From Octopus vulgaris (lineage: Eukaryota), in NCBI GenBank assembly GCA_951406725.2, contig OX597817.1, positions 142,476,001 through 142,540,000 on the forward strand: DNA of 64,000 nt, read 5' to 3'. Under the pieces are notes generated by a model. That model did no database searches and was not told the origin of the DNA. It saw nothing but the letters and a program-made list of their open reading frames with translations. Numbering within the stretch: position 1 is the stretch's first letter; each line of letters opens with the position of its first letter. The translations under genes were made by a program, and so were the position numbers. Shown here one piece after another: positions 26,325 to 39,185 of the stretch.

Positions 26325-26640
26325 TGTCGGTTACGATGAAGAGTGCTCCAGCTAATCTGATCAACCGAACAGGCTGCTGTGAAATTAACGTGCGTAGCTG
26401 AGCACCCCAACAGACACACGTCTCCTTAACGTAGCTCTCCAGAAGATTCAGCCTGATACACAACGTAACAAGGCTGGTCCCTTTGTAATTACAGGTACAC
26501 ACTCATTTTTACCAACTGAGTCGGCTGGAGCAACGTGAAAGAAAATCTCTTGCTCAAGGACACAGCTTGTCACCAGGAATTGAACTCAAGACCTGGTGTT
26601 CGTGAGCCGAATATCCTAACCATTTAGCCACGCGCCTACG
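26325..26640 (-). mobile_element. SINE family D
   Basis: Reverse complement of the gcgtggctaaatggttagga head, the gtgtccttgagcaaga domain and the shared tail. Confidence 0.75.
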
Positions 26641-27273
26641 CGCGTGTAAGAAACGACCATTAGCTTTATACATTTGTCTAGTGAATAAAATTTTCATGAC
26701 AATAAGAAATTACCAAGGCTTTTGTTGCATATAAAACTTTCCCATAAACAAATGCATATGCTTTTCAGCTCCATATATAAATAAAACATGGTTTGTCTTG
26801 AACACTAGGTTTGAGTTGGAGCCAACGAAAAGGTGGGGTGGGGGGACGACAAAATAGTAAGATCATGTGACTGATGTCAGTTTGCCAAATTTTTCAAATA
26901 ATCAAGTGATTGCAATTTTTTCTGGTTATAAATAGTAAAACAGAAAAGAAGAAGAAGAAAAAGGAGAGAGGGTGAAAGGTATCAATCAGATGAGAATTCA
27001 AGTTTACTTTTGTCTGTCTGATAACCCAGTCTCTCTCTCCCTATCTGTATTCAAATATGGCTACCATGCGAATCGTATTAATGACGAAAGTACGTGACCT
27101 TAAATGATAATTAATACATTGAAAATAAAAAAAGGTCTGGGCACACACACAAACACACACAAACACAAACACACACACGCACACACACACACACGCGCGC
27201 AAACACGCGCACACAAACATACACAGATACATATATATCATTTATTAGCTACTGACCATATATATATATATAT

Positions 27274-27340
<67 letters not shown>

Positions 27341-27362
27341 TACGCACACATACACACACACA

Positions 27363-27418
<56 letters not shown>

Positions 27419-27649
27419 TACACACACACACATATATATATATATATCTGCTAAATAGCTTGTATGCATTTTTTGCCTTCTATTTCTTTAACTTTCTGAA
27501 AAAGAGCGCAGTTACAAACTTTCAAACTTCCTAATTCCCAAATCTCTTTCCAAGTTTTGGTGCGTGGCGGATTTCCCCGTCTGAATAATTTTGAAAATGT
27601 ATGCGTGTATGGCCATGCAAAATTTCAAAATACACTGACAGACACCACA

Positions 27650-27719
<70 letters not shown>

Positions 27720-28264
27720 TATATTTGCATACATACATACATACAAAGATACATACATTCACACACACACACATACAAACATAAGTACATACAGACATGG
27801 TGGAAGTTGAGACGTGACTAAGTAAGACCAGTTCTTAAACTCAGTTCATGCTAAGAAACACTTTAAGCTTGTTTTACTTATCGCTAATAAGTTTTCATAT
27901 GGCTCCAAAGGCCTGCAAGGGACTTTCAACACATTCCACATTGATTACAAGTTGGTATTCCAACAGCAGTTTTACTATCTACACGATGAGAATTATAATA
28001 CTGAATGAGTTCACTGGCTGACCTACACACTTCGTTGCACAGGGTGCTTCAGAGATCATATCGGTAGTCGTGGTTGTTTCTATGACTGCTCTGTTGGATG
28101 ATTAGACTTGCCATGCAAAAGCCGACACGACCACACTAGTCCCACGAAAGCAAGTTTTTTCTACATTTCATAAGGCATATAGTATATTCTTAGCCATAGT
28201 ATATTCTCAGCTGAAATAGCGACAACATGAATTTCTTCCATCTCCCTGCTCTGTTAAAGTATTT

Positions 28265-28411
28265 GAGTAAAATTATATTAATGTGTCCGACTGATTAAAT
28301 GTCTATTTATTTGTGCAGCTGATGATGGCCGTGCATTTAAATTGATGTAATGGAGCCGCTTGAAATTGTCGTACTGCATCACTACTTGATATCCTGTTGC
28401 TCGTTTTAATA

Positions 28412-28412
<1 letters not shown>
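28265..28412 (+). mobile_element. Short element homologous to the arms of the 61.2-61.6 kb hairpin, carrying a hammerhead-like motif
   Basis: taatgtgtcc...tttgtgcagCTGATGA...GAAAttgtcGTActgca...gatatcctgttgct aligns with 61470-61640. Confidence 0.65.
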
Positions 28413-28457
<45 letters not shown>

Positions 28458-28648
28458 GTCATTTACTTTTAATCTGCATGTTTGATGCAATCACTTGCCG
28501 GAACACACCCAGCGTCCTAGGGCAAGTGAATGTTAAGAGTTGTTGAAATATAGCTGAAAGCATGGGGAGGGGAAGTAGAGAAATATCTCCATGTAATACA
28601 ACACAAACATTTACATTGATAGGTTTTTTTCTAAGGATGTGGGCAGTA

Positions 28649-28649
<1 letters not shown>
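28458..28649 (-). mobile_element. Short 5'-truncated R4/Dong-type 3' end embedded in (TAA)n
   Basis: Minus strand begins act gcc cac atc ctt aga aaa (TAHILRK, the conserved GTAHILRK terminus), followed by a 3' UTR. (TAA)n lies on both sides. Confidence 0.65.
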
Positions 28650-28727
<78 letters not shown>

Positions 28728-28761
28728 TTTATTATTATTGTTATTATTATTATTATTGTTA

Positions 28762-28840
<79 letters not shown>

Positions 28841-28855
28841 CATTATTATTATTAT
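28650..28855. repeat. (TTA)n microsatellite
   Basis: Direct reading. Confidence 0.95.
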
Positions 28856-29077
28856 TTCTAAAGGAGACTACAGCAGCGGTACTGGATATTAACAGTTATC
28901 GCCAAACTAACATGGCAGTCCATAAACATAGGACGAAAGCTGCCGTTGATTAGCTTCAAGAGGCCATCGCCTCTAGCTAGCTATATGACACACGAACCTG
29001 TGTCCATTATAACCATCAAACAGAGGTCAGCCGCTTCCCCTTGCTAGTCAGGCATCTGCAGTCATGTTTCAGGGCAA

Positions 29078-29136
<59 letters not shown>

Positions 29137-30101
29137 TGTGTGTGTGTGTGCCCGCGTTATATGCATTACAATGAGGATTAAATTTACATAGCCATTCAGG
29201 TATCATCGTTGAAAGGCAAATTCACTGTAGTATTCATCCCGAGATAACACCTACAACCATCCAAGCAGCACCAAGCGAGAACGCCAGACGCATTTCGGGG
29301 TCGTGGGTCATGCCAGTGGCTTGAACTTACATCCAGCCACACAGCTACACGAAATTTTTCGCAACCAGAAAAGAGGAAAACACTGAAACATATTCACAAG
29401 TATTGCGAATAGCCTCCCGGCTAAATTTTAAAAAAAATAGAGCTGTTATACCCAATAGAATCAGTGTTAAATTAAAACAGCCATCTATGTTTCATACTTA
29501 ATCTAAATACATCGATGAATTGCAAATTTGCTTCGAAAACAAACGTGTCTACAAGAAAGGATACAATCTGTGAAGACATCACGTATTAGATTCCAAACAT
29601 AAAAATATATCTGTATATCGATATCGTTCTGTGTACGTCTCTCTTCATCCTCTGTCTCTCTCTCCTTTTTCATATACACATATACATCGAAACACATGGC
29701 CACATTCATATGTAGAAACATATTCAAAATAATACACAGACAGGAAGTCTGGTCTATTTGAAAGGTCGAAAAAAGGAGGTTGTGGCCTTTGTAGCTTCCC
29801 GAAACACACTTGAAATTTCTATTTTATCACCATGAAATGTATGTATGTATGCATGTATGTATGTATGTATGTATGTATGTATGTATGTATGTATGTATGT
29901 ATGTATGTATGTATGTATGTATGTACGTACGTATGTATGTATGTATGTATGTATGTATGTATGTATGTATGTATGTATGTATGTATGTGTGTATGAATAA
30001 ATAAAAGAATGTTCTATGTTTTAATTATTTGATGTCTTCCTGTAAAGAACGAGCTAGTTTCTAACAAAGGGACAAAGCTGGTCTGTATGTATGTATGTAT
30101 G

Positions 30102-30135
<34 letters not shown>

Positions 30136-30153
30136 TGTATGTATGTATGTATG

Positions 30154-30224
<71 letters not shown>

Positions 30225-30469
30225 GTAACTACCCCGGTGTATATATGTGCATATAATTCTATAGAAGATTGTTAGTCTCTGCGAATACATAATATAGAGG
30301 GGAAAATAAATGTTTGTATGTGTGGGTGTCTGTCAATGTGTGTGTGCATACGTATGTATGTGTGTATGTGTGTATGTCTCTATAATTGCGTAAAAGAAAT
30401 AAACCACAAGAAATTCGAGGGAATTGTAAATAAGTATGTTTCTTCCGGTCATTTCATTATGTTGAACCG

Positions 30470-30674
30470 TCAATCCCTGCAAATTTTTTTCTCTCTTCAT
30501 TTTTCTTTCTGTTTCTTTTTTTCTTTCGTTCTCCTTCCAATTTTCCCCCTCTGAACCCTTTCAGTCGAAGGGCGTAGGCTCGAAACGTCAAAAACTTTTC
30601 CATTTTCCCAGAGCGTCAAATTAATACACTTGCTTGTCCCGTCACCTATCTTCGTCCTTTGTGAGTTTGAACAA
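30470..30674 (+). mobile_element. Solo Penelope-like 3' end/pLTR fragment with hammerhead-like motif
   Basis: ctttcagtcgaagggcgtaggctcgaaacgtcaaaa at 30558-30593. Downstream sequence matches the 14.6 kb and 36.8 kb copies. Confidence 0.7.
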
Positions 30675-30702
30675 TATATATATTTATATATATATATATT
30701 CT

Positions 30703-30756
30703 AGCAAAAACTGTCTGATGAACGGCAACGAGAAACTCAGAGTAACAGATTTTGTT
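30703..30756 (+). ncRNA. Type I hammerhead ribozyme motif (canonical core)
   Basis: agcaaaaacugu-CUGAUGA-acg(gcaa)cga-GAA-acuc(a)gagu-A-acagauuuuguu. Stem I of about 12 bp, GCAA-capped stem II, GUA cleavage triplet. The closing pair of stem II is an A-A mismatch. Confidence 0.7.
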
Positions 30757-30780
30757 GAATTTTCTGCTGCTTAAAATAAA

Positions 30781-30827
<47 letters not shown>

Positions 30828-31117
30828 CATGTTCATAGATATACTTTAAGTATTGGCATTTGTTGCATGGGGAAATTTCATGCCTTCATTTCCACATCCT
30901 GCCCTGATGCTGGCTCATTTGGAACTTTTAACAGCGCGAGATTTTTATTTTAATTTTGAAGATATCTAGTCCATGTAAGTTTCCCAGCTCCTTCGAGAGG
31001 ATAGGGAAGTAATGAGGGCTCTTAAATCCCAAGTTATTTATTGCAGTATATGGTCTAATATTTTGAAGACACGCGAAGGCACTTCTTATACATGTGTGTA
31101 CATATATATATATATTT

Positions 31118-31494
31118 ATATAAAATTAGTGTATATTTATACATAAAAGAGATGAGTCTAAACAGGACCCCTTGCATGCTAAAAGGAACAGTCAAAGTCC
31201 AAACCACGGTTAAGAGTAATTTCGAAGGGGATTAAAAATAAAACATTTTCAATAGTTACCACTAGAACCTAGGTTTTGAACATTAATGAACAAATAACGG
31301 ATAACAAATTATTTCATTTCTTCATTAATGTTCGATATCTAGGTGCAAGTGGTAACTATTGAAGGTGATTTTACTTTTCATCCCCTTCAAAGTTACTCTT
31401 AATCGTTGTTTGGACATTGACTGTTCCTTTTAGCATGTAATGTGTCTTGTTTAGGATCATCTCTTTCGTGAATAAACGTACACTAATTTTATAT
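31118..31494. repeat. Long imperfect inverted repeat (arms 31118-31290 and 31321-31494)
   Basis: Arms align along their full length (about 85% identity by eye), with a 30-nt spacer. Confidence 0.92.
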
Positions 31495-31567
31495 GAAAAA
31501 CATGTTGTCTACTGACTAGTTTATGTATGTTAGCCACTGGTAGTACATTTCTCTAATACCTCTACCC

Positions 31568-31642
<75 letters not shown>

Positions 31643-31790
31643 GGAGAGAGAGAGGGAGAGAAAGAGAGAGAGAGAGAGAGAGAGTGTGATTCAAAAGTCG
31701 TCATACAAATTATTTATAAGAAAGAGTTTTTTTTTACTTAACAGTTTCATGTAAAAAAAATTAATTTTTCCTATGTCTAGTGATTTTTGA

Positions 31791-31858
<68 letters not shown>

Positions 31859-31870
31859 TTATATATATAC

Positions 31871-31919
<49 letters not shown>

Positions 31920-32079
31920 CACATATACATATACATGCACACACATATCATAAATTATAATTTCTATATATCATTATTGTTTCCCCCCTACGCGTTCATC
32001 ATGGCAATGGAACAATACTTGTATTAGCACTTTAGAGGCAATTACCTAATATTTTTTAATACATACATACATATATATG

Positions 32080-32147
<68 letters not shown>

Positions 32148-32786
32148 TATTGATACACACACACGCACACACACGCACACACACACATATATATATACGT
32201 ATAATACAAGATTGAAGCAGTGACCTCACTGTTCCGGTTGCAGTTATTCTCAGCACGGCAGACATAATATAATATAAAAAAAAACATGATGAGTATATTA
32301 TGTGTGTTTGCTTCTCTCTTTTTCTTTCTCTCTTTCTCTCTCTCTCTCTCTCCCTCTCTCTCTCTCTCTCCCTCTCTCTTTCTGTTTATGGAGCTGTCAA
32401 TTTTATTTATTTATCTATTACAACTAATTAAAAATAACTTTTCTGATGAGTGTAATTCCCCAGTAGAATGCAACGAACTGTTATCCGCCGGATTAAGACA
32501 ACAAGATTACAACCTTCAATTGTTCCTAGACAGTGTATGTCACTACGATAATCGGCGAGAAGTCAGCTTTATCTTTGTTATAAATTCGAATTAGAGCGTC
32601 TGATTACGAGATTCAAGTGGCAAAGGATTTGGAAGTTGATGGTTATTTTAGCTCTTCTTTTTTTAGTGGATCTCCACGTTGTTCTATATTTCTGCCTCTC
32701 ACTATCTATCTATCTATCTATCTTTGTATAGAACTATCTCTATGTCTATCTATATACATACACATATACGCATATATACATATACA

Positions 32787-32822
<36 letters not shown>

Positions 32823-32828
<6 letters not shown>

Positions 32829-33128
32829 CTCCGAAAGGATGAAAGGCAAAGTCGACCTCGGCGGAATTTGAACTCAGAACGTGACGGCAGACGAGATACC
32901 TATTTCTTAACTACCCACAAGGGGCTAAACACAGAGTGGACAAACAAGGACAGACAAACGGATTAAGCCGATTACTTCGACCCCAATGCATAACTGGTAA
33001 TTAATTAATCGACCCAGAAAGGATGAAAAGCAAAGTCGACCTCGGTTGAATTTGAACTGAGAACGTAGCGGCTGACGAACTACCGCTAAGCATTTCGCCT
33101 GCCGTGCTAACGTTTCTGCCAGCTCGCC
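32823..33128 (-). mobile_element. SINE family B, full copy plus partial tandem copy
   Basis: Same internal junction (aagaaata|ggtatYtcgtctgcc) as at 13137/13138. Confidence 0.85.
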
Positions 33129-33140
33129 ATATGTACATAT

Positions 33141-33244
<104 letters not shown>

Positions 33245-33282
33245 GTGTATGTGTGTGTGTATGTACGTATACACACACACAC

Positions 33283-33600
33283 ACAAGATGTTTTCAGAAC
33301 GTTACCAGACTACCCACGCTGTGATTTGTACTTCTGAATAAGCTGAATCGATTGCATCACAGCCTGACCATCTTCGGTATCCTGGTTACTTAGTCACTCT
33401 ACAAATAGACTTTATGCTATTTGTCTCGAATGTCTTGCAATGATGTGCTGGGCGGAGATGGGATATTCAAAATGGCTGACAGTTTTCGGCAATGGCGACT
33501 CCATCCAAATTTCACATGATACGCGGTAAATTTGCTAAGCAGATTTTCAGAATTGTCTCACCATTTTATCAAGCATTTATCGTTCACAGTAGTTTGGGTT
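33283..33600 (+). mobile_element. Possible very degenerate mariner 5' end
   Basis: TIR-like acaagatgttttcagaacgttaccagact and a frameshifted MADSF.Q..SIQF.MIRGKFAKQIF, resembling mariner N-termini. Confidence 0.35.
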
Positions 33601-33641
33601 GCTCATACATTACGATACCAAACGAATGTTGGTAGTATATT

Positions 33642-33860
33642 ACTCTTTTACTCTTTTACTTGTTTCGGTCATTTGACTGCGGCCATGCTGTAGCACCGCC
33701 TTTAGTCGAGCAAATCGACCCGTGGACTTATTCTTTCAAAGCGTACTACTTATTCTATCGGTCGCTTTTGCCGAACCGCTAAGTTACGGGACGTAAACAC
33801 ACTAGCATCGGTTGTCAAGCGATGTTGGGAGAAAAACACAGACACACAAACATATACACA

Positions 33861-33932
<72 letters not shown>

Positions 33933-34110
33933 CATATATATATACATATATACAACGTGCTTCTTTCAGTTTCCGTCTACCAAATTCACTCACAAGGCTT
34001 TGGTCGGCCCGAGGCTATAGTAGAAGACACTCGTGCAAGGTGCTACACAGTGGGACTGAACCCAGAACCATGTGGTTGGTAAGCAAGCTACTTACAACGC
34101 AGCCACTCCT
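33642..34110 (-). mobile_element. SINE family A, near full length
   Basis: All modules present in reverse complement. Confidence 0.88.
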
Positions 34111-34355
34111 ATTGTCAATTTGTCAATTTGTCAATTTAATGTGACAGTCCCATGAAAGGGAATATTGCACCGCTTCCCGTCGGCCTTGACACATTTCTTG
34201 TGTCCTTATGTTTACAAAGAGGGAGATAAGCACCTCTAGCCAGCAATGCCAGCAACCAGAGACTAGTTTCTGAGTCAATGCTCGTCATCTGTCCCAGGGC
34301 TAAATACCAGTAGTATTATTCCCTTTCATGGGACTGTCAAACTATGTTGACAATA
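34110..34355. mobile_element. MITE-like element with inverted termini
   Basis: Perfect 23-bp inverted repeat tgacagtcccatgaaagggaata (34142-34164 / 34317-34339), with outer tattgtcaa/ttgacaata. Confidence 0.65.
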
Positions 34356-34685
34356 TATCACCACGTTACCGTGTTACTACTGTATAAATGTCTCTAAGAG
34401 ATTCAGAAATGTATTCTTTCTAAACGAATGTTGTTCCAATATGTTGTTAAGCACATTAGTGCTGTCACAATCATAAAATGGATTCATGGGATTCATTAGG
34501 TCGCGGTAGAAGACAGGTTTTAAGCTTCTTCGTTGAGTTTCCTTCATTTATATTGAATTGGCAATCATCAGTTCCATCAATGGACAGAGTGAAACTGATA
34601 TTATTTGCATTGAAGTGCTTCTGCTGAAATGGGGTTCAGGTATAACCAAGATCATTACTGGCACACGTTTATCTAAGGTGACGCT

Positions 34686-34920
34686 TTTGTTGTTGTTGGC
34701 GGTGTTGTTGGCGGTGGTGGTGGTGGTGGTGGTGGTGTTGCTGCTGGTGTTGTTGGTGTTTTTGTTGTTGTTGTTGGTGGTGGTGGTGGTGGTGGAGGTG
34801 GTGGGAGTGATGATGATGGTAGTGTTGCTACTACTACTGCTGGTGCTGTTGCTACTGCTGCTGCTTCTGCTACTAGTGCTACTGCTGCTGCCAATGCTAC
34901 TGTTGCTGTTGCTGCTGATA
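34686..34920. repeat. Mixed (GTT/GTG/GCT/CTA)n trinucleotide tract
   Basis: Direct reading. Confidence 0.9.
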
Positions 34921-35179
34921 GTAAACTTCACATCAGTACCGATCGAAAATATTCCAGCCACGACCACTCTATTTTTTTCAAACAATGATCAACGATATCT
35001 AACCACCAGCACCACCAAAAGATGACCTCTGTACTTTAAAAATAAAGGTATGTGGGTTGAACGCCGAAATAGAGCCTCCTTTACAACAAAAAGGAATGAA
35101 ACCTGAGGTGGGGGTATAGCCACCTATCTTAACAACTGTCTTAGGTAAGTTCAAGTCGTATTTAATATACAGACACTGA

Positions 35180-35640
35180 CAGGCCTTGTGGCTAGAGTAG
35201 AAAATAATTTATAAAGGCGGCGAGCTGGCAGAATCGTTAGCACGCCGGGCGAAATGCTTAGCAGTATTTCGTCTGCCGTTACGTTCTGAGTTCAAATTCC
35301 GCCGAGGTCGACTTTGCTTTTCATCCTTTCGGGGTCGATAAATTAATTACCAGTTATGCACTGGGGTCGATGTAATCGACTTAATCCCTTTGTCCTTGTT
35401 TGTCCCCTCTGTCTTTAGCCCCTTGTGGGTAGTAAAGAAATAAGAAAAGAACTTATAGACTGATAAAGCATCGAGCTGGCGTAATCGTTAGTAGGTGAGG
35501 CAAAATTCTTTTTTCTGATTTCAAATTCCGCCGAGGTCGACTTACCTTTCATTCTTTCGGGATCGATAAAATAAGTTCCAGTTGAGCAATGGGTCGATCC
35601 AATCGACTGACCTTACACTCTCCCACGAACATTTCAGATC
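35180..35640 (+). mobile_element. SINE family B cluster (tail fragment, full copy 35214-35442, diverged copy)
   Basis: Family head, central domain and tails. Confidence 0.85.
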
Positions 35641-36701
35641 AATATATAAACACTGATGAATATATTTTAATCAACGAATCACAATATGGAACGAATGGGA
35701 GGTGAACTGGCAGAACAGAATATTTGTCAGTTGTGAATATTTCCAATTCAGCATTTACCAAGAAGAAAATAAAATGTCGCTCTTATTCTTAAGTTTCTGA
35801 TTTCTCTATTTCTTATAAGACATACTGTAACAATAGTTTCATATAAGTACTGTTCGTAGATGACATGCTAAGTCAATCAGTTGTCTTTTCCTTGCTATTT
35901 AATGCAAGACGAAGCTGTCATCCTTGTCAGCTTTTCCGAATCAGTAATGTACAGAGTGTCCCATGGTGGCTAATTTCAATGAGAAAAAACTGACGCTGGA
36001 TAAATATCAGTGTCTCTGAAACGGACAGCTTTTCAATTCAGTTTTTGTAAAGATGTCGAATTAACTAATGTGAAATGCAATTAAGTAAAAGAGAGAACTC
36101 AATACTCTTAGGCAGAGTGGAATAACATTTATTTAAAATTAAGTCTGTGTAGGTTACGGTATAGAGAAACTCTGCACGTAATTTCAATTCTCGACGTCTT
36201 CAAGAAGTGGAAAGAAAAAATACTCAGCAGGCGTGGCAGGGTGGTAAGAATTTTACTGCCTAACAACATGGTTCTGGGTTCGATCTCATGTTGGGTGACA
36301 CCTTGGGCAAGTGTTTTCTGTTTTAGCTCCGAGCCGACCAAAGCCTAGTGAGCAGATTGATCGAGGGAAATAATCCGATTGTATACTTGTGTTTGCTTTT
36401 TATCATTAGTGTTGCTGGTGGTGCTGTTGTTGTTGATGGTGGTGGTAGTGTTGTTCATGTTAACGATGGTGTTGGTCAAACATGTCTGAGGTGACCCATG
36501 AACAAAAGTATTCCACATATGAATGACGATATTTTTGCAAACTGTGTACCGCATCATCCGTTGTGACCCGTTTTTCACTTGGCAAGAATATGTTCCCGAT
36601 ATTGCTACAGACTTAGTTTTCATAACATACACACAAACGTACACACACATACACGCGCATATCTGAACATGTGTGTATGTGTATGTGTATGTGTACTTTT
36701 G

Positions 36702-36738
<37 letters not shown>

Positions 36739-36742
<4 letters not shown>

Positions 36743-36921
36743 AGAATTTACAATAAAACAAAATACGAAGACAGGTGGTTTAGACAACGAACAGATGTAT
36801 TAGTATAACGCTCGGGAAGTGTGAAATAGTCTTTAACGTTTCGAGCCTACGCTCTTCCACAGAAAGGAACACAGAAAGAAACAAGGAGAGAAAATAAAAA
36901 ATGTGTAGTGGCTAGCGATCT
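36739..36921 (-). mobile_element. Solo Penelope-like 3' end/pLTR fragment with hammerhead-like motif
   Basis: Colinear with 14593-14790. Minus strand ctttctgtggaagagcgtaggctcgaaacgttaaag at 36831-36866. The 3' end abuts (TA)n. Confidence 0.8.
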
Positions 36922-37429
36922 GTGCGTATGTATGTATGTATGTATGTATGTATGTATGTATGTATGTATGTATGTATGTATGTATGTATGTATGCATGCA
37001 AGTAAGATAAATGAGAAACAAACAGCATGAAAGCATTCACATCATATAACGTCAAAATGAAATTCTTTTGTTGAAAATTTATTCTCAAAAGCAGTAAAAC
37101 GACAGACTGAAGATGGCATATACCAAATGTACAAATCAGCATCAAATGAAATGAAGCCTTAGGTTATGTAGAATAACAATTTTTACCAAGCAGCTGCCAT
37201 TATGAAAACAGTCCGAGCCGCCATCTTTAATTCTCGGCCGCATTATATTTCCTATCACCATGGTATCAAAACCTTACGATGCTCTCATTTAGATTGTATC
37301 GTTTGTTATTTACTTGATAGTCATGCAACAAGTGTTTAGCGAAAGTAGCTGAAAACCTGTTTTTCACCTGATTAAATTAAATATTTAGAAAGTCTATCAC
37401 AGTACACAATAGAAATCGTTGCACATTAC

Positions 37430-37513
<84 letters not shown>

Positions 37514-37578
37514 GTCTTGTTGTTGTTGTTAATGTTATTATTATTATCATTACTATTGTTGTTACTGTTGTTGTTGTC

Positions 37579-37631
<53 letters not shown>

Positions 37632-38673
37632 CATTATTATTTGTATATGTATTATAATTATTACGCTATGTCGATGTAAGCAGACGTGTACTAAGCCTGC
37701 TCTGGGAATTTCTGCTTTTGTTTTTCTTTCTTTTTTCTTTTTAATTTTTTTCGAAGAACAAATTAAACAAAAAAAATAATGCCTTTTGGATAGTTTTCAA
37801 CAGAGAAATCTCCCCCAGCTCGTGATGGATGTCTCCTGCACATCTGCAAACAGAGACTCTATGTCTATGATATTATGGAATAATTATATTTTCCTGTTTC
37901 TGTTTCTCTTCAGAGAAACAAGCTCCCACTACACCCAACCCTACCCCGACCTCCATAAAAAAAGTGATCGTTGCAACACAGAAATAAAAAAAAGAACATT
38001 GCAAAAAGAACAAATTTAATTTCGAAGCAAGTCCCACGAATTGTCTGCGATAATAATATTTTAACAATTTGTATGATTTGAACAGCAAAAAACAACAAAA
38101 CCACAGTTTACCAAAGTAAGCAAGCGTAGAAATTTTAATAAAGGACACTGTTGTCGACAGCGATAAAAACACGTTTGTGTGTGAAATATTGGCAAGCGTT
38201 GGTAGCCACGAAGAAGCACTGGACACGAGTGAGCAAAAAGAAAATGGGATGTACGTAATATATATAAGGGAGTAAATAAAACCCCATTATGCCTGGGGGT
38301 ATTTTATATATGCACGAACAAGGTGGAAGTTCACAAGATGCTGAATCAAGAAGCCAATAAAGGACTACACTTTGTTTTGGCACATACGTTTACGTTTATG
38401 CAACATCGATTGTAAATTATTTAAGGCCACACAAACGGATATATAACGTAGATTAGATAACTTAGGTAGGTCCGACTAAGGATTGGCTCAGGCCATGTCT
38501 AACTTAACAGCACCACCTGATAAGTTCTTTTAAGTCATTTGTAAGTCAAGTTTTGTTGTATCATGTTCCATTCAAGTAGGGAGTTCTTGTTGACTGCGAT
38601 GTATCCTTGTATAGGTGAGTAATGAAGAGAAGTTTATGATATAATTTCTTCTTCCGTTGTCATTCTATCTTTG

Positions 38674-38763
<90 letters not shown>

Positions 38764-38779
38764 ATATATATATACATAT

Positions 38780-39185
38780 ATATTCTTTTATTCTCTTCTT
38801 CTTCCAGTCATTCCATTGTCGCCATGCTGGAGCACCGGCTTAGAGGAATTTTAGTCGAAGGAACCCACTCCGGGACTTATTCATTGTAAACCTAGTACTT
38901 AGTCCATCGGTCTCTTTTTTACGGGGAAGTAAACATGCCAACATCGATTGCCAGGTGATAGTGAAGGGGACAAACAGAGACAGAAAGACAAACCCATAAA
39001 GACAAACACATACACACATACATACATATCGAAATCATATATATATGAATATACACACGACAGGCTTCTTTCAGTTTCCGTCTACCAAGTCCATTCACAA
39101 GGCTATAGTAGAAGACTATAGTGGGACGAACCCGGAACCGTGTTTGGGAAGTAAGCTTCTTTCCACACTGCTACGCTTGCGCCTA
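38780..39185 (-). mobile_element. SINE family A, diverged
   Basis: Tail, central segment and head are recognisable. Confidence 0.75.

Noticed and set aside
27465-27560. Fifth copy of the Penelope pLTR hammerhead (ctttctgaaaaagagcgcag...)
   Set aside because: Only the 5' half matches. The stem II 3' strand and GAAAC are absent.
28917-28945. gtcc...ggac-gaaa as a hammerhead half
   Set aside because: There is no CUGANGA upstream of the stem. Kept only as a generic stem-loop.
34548-35025. 145-aa Ser/Thr/Asn-rich and 155-aa Leu/Val-rich ORFs
   Set aside because: Mostly trinucleotide repeat with repeat-derived flanks. No homology recognised.
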